A stretch of 59,567 nt of DNA, filler included, from Dirinaria sp. TL-2023a (Eukaryota): NCBI GenBank assembly GCA_051941275.1. It is 5 parts of 5 records of this genome, joined end to end, with 100 filler letters (N's around TTAATTAATTAA, not from the genome) between each part and the next. Parts side by side here need not be neighbours in the genome. Positions count along the whole stretch, not along the records: positions 47,757 to 59,567 come from JAVEBF010000815.1; 4 more parts are not named here. One strand, 5' to 3'. A model generated the notes under the pieces. The model saw nothing but the letters and a program-made list of their open reading frames with translations, was not told the DNA's origin and did not search any database. Both the position numbers and the translations under genes were made by a program. Shown piece after piece: positions 49,768-59,567 of the stretch (its first letter is position 1; each line of letters opens with the position of its first letter).

Positions 49768-50611
49768 GCTGCACAGTCGTTCAGTGAAACTGAAACTGGG
49801 TCATGGTTTGCTGAGTCGTACCAATTCACTATTAGGACGAGAGGCTAATAAACGGAAAAGGCTGACCCTTCCAGAGGAACTACGCTCCACGTCTACTCCA
49901 AAAGCGATAATGAATTTGTTGTCGTCGTTGGAGTACTTGACTCTGGAGTCAGGCAGGACTGGATATCTCGTGATCTTGTCGCAAGCCTTGGATTGACATC
50001 AGTCAATTTAGCAGAGCCAGCCATATTTGAAGACTTTCAAGGTACCACCTTTGTGGCTCAAAGCCGTGTCAAACTCCGATGGCATGGCAACAAATCTTAT
50101 CGTACACGCGAAGGATATTTCCTCGTAGCCGAGAGTGGGCCGTTCGACATCCTTATAGGCTCAGATTTTCTATTTTCGCAAGGTGTCTTTACTTTTCATG
50201 AGGCGGCATTGCTGCTTAAAACATATCCCATGAGTGAAGGTAGGAATTAAACCTGCACAGCCGCGTGCAGGCAGCCCAGCTTACGCGAATACAGAAGAGA
50301 GACAGCAACAGGAAACACAATTGAATGACCAACGGGAGGCTCAGGCACAGCGGCAGGCCGAAAGAGAAGACAACAGACGAGCTCGGGCACCGCCATCTAT
50401 CAGTTCGGGCACTACGAACAATGATAGTGGGAACGTCAACGACAACGATGACGATAACGACAATAAGCACAGCAAGGACAGCAAGGAGGAGAGCAAGGAG
50501 GACAGCAAGGAGGACAGCAAGGAGAACAGCAAGGAGAACAGCAAGGACAGAAAGGAAGACAGCAGTAACGATAACGCCGGCCAAAGCAGTGCTGACGCTG
50601 ACCCAACTTAA
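49768..50611 (+). CDS. Stand-alone retropepsin-like (single-lobe aspartic protease fold) protein with coiled-coil and acidic repeat tail; 5' end unresolved
   Basis: VVVGVLDSGVRQDWISRDLVASLGL...FLVAESGPFDILIGSDFL matches the hydrophobic-D(S/T)G and D-h-h-h-G-x-D-F-L motifs; plausible introns at about 49818-49874 and 50240-50294. Confidence 0.65.
50470..50565 (+). repeat. Coding 12-bp minisatellite (CAGCAAGGAGGA-like units)
   Basis: About 7 imperfect units encoding SKED/SKEN in the open frame. Confidence 0.85.
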
Positions 50612-51097
50612 CTCCATGAGTAGCATACCATGGATCCGCCATGGTAAAGGGTTGAATCCCCGTGGCTAGGCTCTTTAAATTGCCTGTTCTGATAGCTTCT
50701 CGGTTTTAGCACGTGAGAAGTGCTACAACGATTTTGAGGTCGTGGTCATTGGATTGCTCAGATTTGTGTAAGAGTAGATAAAGCGGATTGTTTCTGAATG
50801 CTATCCTTTTCGGCTTTGAATGTTTCTGAAACAAGGGGCGCCCTATAGAGTCTGCTATTGGCACCTGATACCGGTCAATGGTTTAATAACTTCACGCATT
50901 GACAGTGGGCAGGCATTGCGCAGTCTATTCGAATTCTGCGCGTTGCTGTTGGATCGTCAAGTTGTCCAAAACTCTGAAAAGGAGCCACTCGTGTATATCC
51001 AGCGGTTGCTCAAAAGGCAAATAAATGCAAATGAACATATTCAGCTGTTCAATGATAGGTGAAAGGCGTCCAAAATTGGACGTGGCCAAAAATCTCA

Positions 51098-52413
51098 TTA
51101 ATTTCCTGGAGGAGTTGCTGCGTTCCCTGTTCCGTTTGTGTTCAGACCAACCTCCGGATCATCGGTCTTCTTGCGGCGGTCATTGCAATCAACGTAGCCC
51201 ACGATACCTACTCCAATGCCGAAAGCCTTTTGTGCACTCCTAGGCCGCCATGCCCAACCGGCGCTGCGCTCAACTGGCACATGGTACATCCTGAAACTGA
51301 GCCAAGCTATGACTAAGCCAATGGCAGAACCTGCGATGATGTCAAATCCGTGATGCTTGAAATCAGAGTAACGTGTCGAGGATATATATAGTGCCACACA
51401 TATCGGTATCAAGGGCAGAACGAGCAAGTAGGTTGGTGGAGCTGCGGCCCCATTACGAAATGCTTCTTCGGGTATCGTGGTGTTTTGTGGCGTTACATCA
51501 TCCTTCTCCTGATCACTACGGTGTGGGGGAGTACTAAAGGCCTCTTGAGGTGGAGAAGGTGGGTAACCCAGCAGATAAGGTATCCTGACAGCGAACTTGG
51601 AGCAAAGATAAAGTGCGAAATAGAAGAGACCTGCAAATGAAACTAGAATCGAGTCAGCTGAAAATAATAGAAGCGGTCAATAGGGCATGCATATCGAATC
51701 ACTGAAACGAGGATTCGCAGCTTTCACCGTAATAACGATCTCTGCGGACGCTGCAAGCTGGAACAACTCACAAGAAGCATGCCCACTCGGGAAACTCTCA
51801 AATCCATCATTCAGGATGGCTAGATCGGTTTGGCGGCAAATCGTCCACGAAACCAGCGTTCCTTCAGAGATGCGGTCATTGACACCTGCGAGTACGAAAT
51901 TGGAGGCGTTGGCTAAATCTGGATCGCATCGGCTGATGAGATCAGGCCTTGGCTTCCCGACGAGATTCTTCAGGGATTCAACGAAAAGTGCAGTGACTGC
52001 GCAGCTGAGTGCCAAGCCCATCCAGCCAACGTTCCACTCCCAAAGCTTCAGTCTCCATGTCTGCGATCTGGACATTTGCTTCGATTGTGATATGCCAGGT
52101 ATGAAGATCAAGGCAATGAGAGCGATTAAGATGGCTGGTGCGACCAAGGCCACGACAAAATCCACCCCCATGGAGACTTTCTGGTGCTCGACGTAAGGGA
52201 AGCTGATATCGGGATCCACCAACGAAAAAGGCCGATGGTTCGGATGGACTTTCGAGACGCCACCGGCGACCGCAGCTATAGCTCTAATACGTGTCAACAC
52301 CGCGAATGCTCCGGCGCAGGTTCTGGTAATATTTACATGATGACGATCCAGTCCAGCACATAGGATATTAAAAGCCGACGTTCCGACCCCTGCAGCTTTG
52401 GTAGGGAAAGCAT
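51098..52413 (-). CDS. PAP2-family lipid phosphate phosphatase (DPP1/LPP1-like), 3 exons
   Basis: ISYVLDWIVI; KNLVGKPRPD (motif 1); SFPSGHAS (motif 2); STRYSDFKHHGFDIIAGS (motif 3). Confidence 0.92.
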
Positions 52414-53368
52414 TCTGGCATTCGTTACTCCAAACGCGCAAATACTATATGGACGTCACAATACGATTGGACTTTGATGTGGGCATTAATGTTGGGATTC
52501 TGAACGCGCTCTATTCGTTGAAAGCATTAAATCCCTTGAGAAGTGGCCATTGACAGGGAACGCGCGTTGTCTGTTGCTTAAAGTTCAGCCGCCATTTCTT
52601 GGCTTCAAAGCTTACTAAGCAGGCTGGTGTCGACTTTCAGATTTCCCCTTTTATCTTCTCTGCTCTGCAAACCTCACCAACATGCCCTCAACTTCTGCAG
52701 TGTGGCGCTTCAAAACTTGCATTGCTGATTGACGAGCTTTTCAACGGTAGCTCCGGCCGCCCACATGGAAACGATCCGGCAATATCCGCAAGCCCCGAGC
52801 CCCACAATCTGCCGTACTTTGAGCTGTAATTGGCCTTCAGTTGGTACGATGTTGGTGCTGGGAGGCAAGAATTCTAGCATACCTTATGGTACTACCTCAT
52901 GTATCGACGAGCAAGCTGCATGTTGAACGCCGCTTTTCCAAGGGGCAATACTGCATCACGTATGGGTTTAAGTGCTTTCCCGGAATAATCGGAGCAGACT
53001 TGACTATTCGAATGAAACTGGAAGGATTTCATCGGTAGTCAATACCTCTGGATACTAAGAGTAAAAATGTATCCTGCTAAATTGAAGAACTTTTGGGATG
53101 TGCTGTCTAATATTAACTTGAGTCTTTGTCCTTACTTCCATTTTCAGTCAGGTGATATGGGGGGAGCTCAACAATTTTCGGTCAACAAGCTCACTCCCAC
53201 GCCCATGCTCCACTATTGGCCAAGAATGGCGTTTTCGAGTTTCGCTGTTGGGGTTTTAGTGGTGTGGCTCTTGCGTCTTACGAAGACGTTATTGCTATTA
53301 AATTAATTCGACGCTTCCCTTTTCGATCGATAGCTGAAACTCGTCTCTTTCAGAAAATTCCCAGTAAA

Positions 53369-55519
53369 ATGTCGTTCCCGTCTATTCAAGCCCAATCAGA
53401 GGATCTTGCACCGGCGACGGTCAGTGAACAGACGATGAAGAACGGTGAGGTGACTCCGAAAAGCGCAGAGAAGGCGACTGGTATGCGGCCTTTAGAGACG
53501 CTGCCCATCACCCGAGAGGATGGCAGAATCGAGCTTCCAGAAGCGTACTGTCAAGATAAGCTCGGCTTCGCATTCTCCACTAGCAAGAAATGGCGCATTC
53601 TTTGCGTTATCTTCATCGTCCAATCGTCGATGAACTTCAATGCGAGTGTATACGGTAACGCTGTCCCGGCACTGAGGGAGCAATTCGGCCTCGGTCCCAC
53701 GATGGCGAGAGTTGGCCAAATGATATTTCTTATAGCGTACGGCTTCGGCAGCGAGCTCTGGGCACCTTGGTCTGAAGAATACGGACGCTTCTGGGTTATG
53801 CAGCTCTCGCTCTTCTTTGTGAACTTGTGGGCGATACCGTGCGCCTTAGCACCCAATTACGCGACAATCATAGTTGCTCGCTTCTTGGGTGGACTATCAT
53901 CGGCTGGTGGTTCCGTAACTCTCGGTACGTACATTGGTCATACAGGCTGGAAGGAGAAGTCACTGGAGGAATTGTCGCAACCTTCGCAGAATTACTTACG
54001 CCCGCTAACGCATGCTCCTTAAGGTATGGTTGCCGATATGTATGATGTCGAGGACCACCAGTATGCACTGAACTTCCTCGTCCTCTCCTCGTGCGGTGGC
54101 TCTGCCATAGGACCAATCTTTGGTGCGTTCATTGAAAAGTATATGAATTGGCACTGGGTCTTTTGGATCCAACTTATGTGAGTTCTGAACCGCCGATAGC
54201 ACTGACTGTACTTACATTTCATGTCCTTCAGCTTTGGATTCGTTGCGCAAGCCACTCATTACATCCTTGTGACGGAAACAAGAAAGGTGACATTGATGGA
54301 TCAACAAGCTCGACACATGCGCAAAACGAATCCCGAAAAATTCGGTCACATCTATGGGCCTGGCGAGCTAAGTCCCAAGATGAACAGGAAGCAAGTCGTT
54401 ACTATCTGGATAAGGCCTTTTGCTATGTTCGTAAAGGAGCCCATTGTGTGCTGCTTATCACTCCTATCCGGATTCAGCGATGCTCTGATATTTCTCTTCA
54501 TCGATTCGTTCCACGACGTCTTCCAACAATGGGGCTTCGGGATGATACAGATGGGATTGACCTTTGTCCCGTGAGTTTAGAAACACTCCTGACTTGATTG
54601 GCGTCTTTCCTTGCTGCTAATATTTGACTCCTCTATCAGAATCGTCATCGGGTATCTGGTCAGCTTTGTCTCGTTCTTCTATCCCATCGGAAAACACAAC
54701 AACATCCGAAGGAAAGACCCCCGGAGGCTCCAACCAGAAGCTCGATTATGGTGGCTGCTCTATCGTAAGTTGTGGCGAATACCAAGTTCACACTTCTTTT
54801 GCCCTGATACACTGACGTGCATGAAGTCGCGCCTTTTCTGACAGTAGGTTTGTTCTGTTTTGCGTGGTCTAGTCTTGGACCTCCTGGATTCCCTTGGATA
54901 GCTCCAATGTCTTTCGCATTTCTTTTGGCCATTGCAAATGTAAGTCATGACATCTGAACACTGTCCTATCGCGTGGTATCAGCGCTGATTTCAGTCCCTC
55001 CTTTCAGTATGCAATCTATATGGCTACGGTGGACTATATGGTGGCAGCATACGGCGAGTACTCTGCATCTGCTACAGGAGGCAATGCATTGGCAAGAGAC
55101 GTTCTGGCAGGAGTGGCTGCAATGGTGTCGCACCCTAGTAAGTCCTGAAGACTGTTGAAGCGACTTCGGGGCTTTTGCTTACGTGGACGACTACAGTGTA
55201 CAACAACATTGGGACGAAGAAGTGGCATCTTGTCTGGCCAGGCCTGATTCTGGGTTGTCTGTCGTTGGTCGTCACCATCCCGGTATATGTCATCTACAAA
55301 AAGGGTCCAGCTATCCGCGCAAAGTCGAACTTTGCCTGCAGAATAGCCGCGGATAGAGAGATATCTGCAAGTCGCCGTGGGACTCTGGCCACTCCAAGCG
55401 AGTTGGCCGACATAAATCGCAGATTTGGTAGCACGGTAGAAGAAGCTCTAGGATTGCCTGCTAGGGAATCAACTGGCGCTGTCGGGGAAGAAGCCAGTGC
55501 TAGAGAAAAGGTTTCTTGA
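53369..55519 (+). CDS. MFS transporter, DHA1/polyamine-transporter-like, multi-exon
   Basis: KKWRILCVIF; LWAPWSEEYGR; IIVARFLGGLSSAGGSVTLG/MVADMY; IRPFAMFVKEPIV; PEARL; DYMVAAYGEYSASA. Confidence 0.92.
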
Positions 55520-55818
55520 CGAAGATACAACGGTAGGGGGCCATGAAGCCGGCTCGCCAAACCCCACTATTTCAAGGGTCAAAGGGTGCATGAGTCGTAC
55601 GGGTCATTTGGTGATGTTAGCTTTTACCTAAGCTATTATAGAAATAAATGCATTGTGATCAATATATATGTCTTATCAACCACTTGATGGCGCGCTTTGG
55701 TCTAGTAGAGGTAGCTTTTCCTAACCCTACAAGTACCCTAAAAATCCAACATCTCTCAAAGCTCTCCTGTGTTTCTTGTCCATACTTTCCGTACATGTAA
55801 TAGCCATAGCTAAACACA

Positions 55819-56286
55819 ATGAGCTTCGGAGGCCCAGGAGGGAGGCAAATATCAGCTAAACCTATACCTCCAGAGCGTGGAAGCTTTCCACTTGAGTAAG
55901 CTCATCTAATTGCCTTCTACTTTGTTAAGCTAACACCCATCACAGCCACGATGGTCAGCACCCGATGCTTGTCCTTAAGAACCATGCATAAGCTGACTAG
56001 TTGATTAAGGGGAATGTAAACCTATTGTAGCAGATTATTTGCGATGCTTGCGCAGGCTGAAGGGTACTAACGATGAGGAGTGCAGGCTAATGGCCAAGCA
56101 GTACCTCAAATGCAGAATGGACCAGTGGGTTTCCCAGCCCTTGACTTTTATAATGCGATCGTTTTCTTATCGCCTATCTGACTTTATTTTCGCAGCAACC
56201 TCATGGCTCCTGACGAGATGAAGAATCTTGGGTTTTCAGACGATAAAGAATCGAATGACTCTAAAGCTAAAACCCCAAGGCCTTGA
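55819..56286 (+). CDS. COX19: Cytochrome c oxidase assembly factor Cox19 (twin CX9C), 4 exons
   Basis: PPERGSFPLD/HD/GECK...YLRCL...ECRLMAKQYLKCRMD/NLMAPDEMKNLGF. Confidence 0.94.
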
Positions 56287-56549
56287 TTACATAAAGAAGC
56301 AATTGATAGCATTCAAAGACGAGCGTCAAAGTGATTTTGAACATCAGATAATCATCGATCAGCTGGTGAAGTCCTTGACACGAACAACATTTGCAAGTAT
56401 CCTGTCATCAAAGCTAAAAGCGGCTTCGTTGATAATCCTAGTCCATCTTGATATTAGTACAGCTACCCGTTCAAAGTTCGCTGTGTGGAGTCATCGTGTC
56501 ACATTTACTTCAGCGGACACAATTCAAGACTGCAGGTCTTGGGTCTGTC

Positions 56550-58797
56550 ATGATGACTCTCCTTCCTCCAAATCCATGCCTTCAAGGAATCTTACTCATC
56601 ACAAAATTTGACTCGGATCCGAAGATTGTGTTCCACTACCCGCCGCGTCCTGGAGAGGATACTACTGGATTCAAAAAATATTTCGATCCTCTCCAATCTG
56701 ATGCTGCCGCTAGTTCGAGTGATGAAGACAGCAGCAGCTCCTCCGAGGACGAGCAAAAGCCGCCGCTTCTCTCTCCAAAAGATGAGGACGGTCAAAAAGC
56801 TCAAGATTTTGACGTAGAAGAGACCGGATCAGTATCCCCCGAAAAACCCGATGGAATGAGAAGCATAAAAAGACAGATGAGGTGGGATGATATCTTTGGC
56901 TATAATTCGGCGCTGTTGGCCAAGCTCTTATGTCCAGCAGCAGCGGGCCGTAAAAAGAGACTCGAGCTCGCACTTGACGACAATATCTTCTTGGGGCGGC
57001 CAGTCTACTCGAATGCAAGTGGTAGCTGGCGGAGGCAAAGCAGAAAGCGTAAACTCACGAAAGGTAGTGCTGCTATCGAGCAACAGTCTGAAAACGACAG
57101 AATGATCTCCACGCATGTCGCTGAAGACTTGGGGAAACCGTCCGGTACGGACACAGAAAGGGACGATAATGCGGATGCTTGCACCTTTTTTTCTGCCCCT
57201 GCTGGGGAACCGAATATCGGAGATAACCTGCAGGCTGGCCAAGGAATCCCTGAGCATTCCGAGACCAAGGCCAAGGACCATCTGAGCATGTTTCATGTTG
57301 TTCTCATACTGAACCCGCCACCTCTGGAATACCACATCAGAGTCAAAGAGCTGTATGACAACGTCGTCAAGAAACTTTCCAAGGCAATGAAGTGGGAACA
57401 GGTCCGCTCGAATTATGTAGCGCAGGAATCTAAGAACATTAGCAGCACGACCAAGAGATATTTCAAAGCGCAGAAGCTTTCAGGTAAGTCCCAATTGTCA
57501 TAGCACTTTGTCAAATGTCCAGAGTGTTTTTGCAAGTGAACTAAGATTCCGCCTCAGCAAAGACTTACTCATGGCCTGGCATGTGTACAAGCTGACCTTA
57601 GTAGAGCCAAACCCGCCATTCGCGCCACTTTATCATGAACTACTATCACAGTCCAGCCTGGCTAGAGGACTTGCACACGTGTACAGCAGTATATCAAACT
57701 CTCAGATTGCTCATGTGAGCTTAACATCCAAGCTATCCATATCTTTGCAGATCCCGATCACAACCTCAATATCTGCTCTTCCCAGTCTTACAGCGCCGCA
57801 GCTACCTGGGCTTTGGCTTACCACGGCCACTTCGATTCCTATCGACGACGCTCACATAGATAGCTCGCAATTAGCGTCTCATTTCGGTCTTCTTCTTCTA
57901 TCAGACTTGCAGGCGATATTAGCTGAAGTCAACTCTACACTGTCGCCGCTCACGGCGCCATTAGTTCATTACCTTCGAATGAGCAAACCAACCAAGTCTT
58001 TTAGCCAGATTTCGCAATCATCTGGCATATCACTGCCCGATATCCAATTTCTGGCATCACATCTGATTTATTGGCGACGAGCTCGGGCTATCCCACCACT
58101 TCACCAGCGAGATACTTTCATTGTTTCACCAAACGCAGACATGAGCAAGTTAGCATCGGCGGCTTCAGCTTTCGCAAAGATGTATCCTGCGTTGCCATCT
58201 TTGCCAAAAATCATGGCTATGCTCTCTTCCACACCCAGACCCTACTCAACCCTCATTCCGAGTAAAGATCACAAAGAAGCGTACATGGATAGCCTAGCAT
58301 GGCTTCTACGCGGTGGCTGGGTCACTCAGCTTCGTACCTTTGCATGGATACGGATTCCTCCAAACATCATTAAGACAGTAGAGGGACAGATTGAGCGGGA
58401 GAAGCTGTACCAAGAGGCGAAGCCCAGTACAGAGGAAAAAGACGGCAGCCTCGATATTCCTCCCACGTCATCATCGCCAACTTCTTCCACCCACAGCTCC
58501 ACCCATACTACGTTTCCAATCGCAGCTTCATCGCCTCTGCCATCACCTATACTCGTATCACAGTCACGGCACCCGACAACAGTTTCTTCAAAGCATCTCT
58601 CCGCCATCTCAGCCCACATTCTCAACGCGCAAGGCGCGGAAACTCAAAGCGCATGGAATGAGTGCGTCAAATATTTTGACGGCAAACACGCACTAGAGAC
58701 CATTGCAGTTAGGGAAGGATGGAAGAGGAAGAGAGTCGCTGAGCTGATCACAGGCTGGGAAACCTTGGGTGTATTACGAAGGGCGAGGCACTGGTAA
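56550..58797 (+). CDS. NPR3: Nitrogen permease regulator 3 (SEACIT/GATOR1 subunit), 2 exons
   Basis: LPPNPCLQGILL...IVFHYPP; MFHVVLILNPP; LYDNVVKKLSKAMKWEQ; HLIYWRRARAIPPLHQRD; WLLRGGWVTQLRTF; YFDGKHALE. Confidence 0.93.
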
Positions 58798-59567
58798 AAT
58801 TATTGGAGAGTGCACTAATCTTTTCGTCTCGCACAATCTCAAATAAATCCCTTCACCACATCTTCTTCCAATTTGCGAGAGCCCTAGCGGCCTAGCCGTC
58901 TCCATCGCCGCTGGGAACCACGAGACTAGTAGTCCCTCACATCAATATTGAGAAAAACAGTCTGTAATCCACGACCCACATCCGAAGTGCCAAAAAAAAA
59001 AAAAAAAGGAACACAATCATACCGCAGCAACTCGCACCAACAAACAATTCGCAATCTTCCATCCTCGCATTCCGATACTCCAACGCTCAGAAAGGAATCA
59101 ATCCTACATCCACACCACTCAGGTCCCAAGCAACAGCGTCCAAAAACTCTTCCCCAACTCAATCGCGCCTCCCTCTCAGCCGGCCCCTCAACAATAACCT
59201 CAATTCTCCAGAATGCTCTCACTACCTACCCTCCCCCTCTCCGCCCTATTCTCGGGACCCGACGACCGACTGCAGGGTGGCTAGGAGGACGAAATCCTTT
59301 CCTCCCATCGGACATGATTTGAGTGCAGTCTACTACCACTCACTCTCTACATGCGGGTACCGAGTGGTTCGAGAGACGAAGAAAATACAAATATCTTCAC
59401 TTCGAACGAAGCACGGAGAGGGCGGGAGAAATTGATATCTTATGCTGGTGAATCAACGTTGTTGGGCCGGATTTTCCTGGATAAACGGGGCGGGGATATA
59501 TATACATATGGAAAGTGTGATATGGACAAGGGAACATTGAATTTGAATACCTTACGTATGTAGTTGG

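Noticed and set aside
58926..59563. Short ORFs after NPR3
   Set aside because: Low-complexity strand-biased sequence with no recognisable domain or consistent splice model.

Overview
Intron-containing DNA from a filamentous ascomycete (Pezizomycotina-type gene structures; the species cannot be determined from this window). The window is not one locus. It is five contigs of 11848, 11847, 11843, 11818 and 11811 bp, in descending length order, joined by identical 100-nt N44-TTAATTAATTAA-N44 linkers, so adjacency across the linkers carries no information. Most of it is housekeeping genes (VPS45, SPC1, RBX1, RRP36, Rab2, GAD, EBP, SNU13, VMA3, DUS2, IPP1, MRPL44, SEC20, COX19, NPR3), plus a PTH11-like membrane protein, a 2-hydroxyacid dehydrogenase, a PAP2 phosphatase, an MFS transporter, and BTB and DUF427-like proteins. 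The most unusual region is a nested transposon cluster at 20.4-23.7 kb. It contains a 470-bp miniature LTR retroelement (TRIM-like) with a Tf1-style self-priming PBS and what looks like a split Pol III promoter: an A-box-like motif in the LTR and a tRNA T-arm/B-box in the internal domain. A second candidate system is a divergent pair of a DUF6594-like membrane protein and a stand-alone, intron-containing retropepsin-like protease at 48.2-50.6 kb. Product calls come from motif recognition only; no searches were run.
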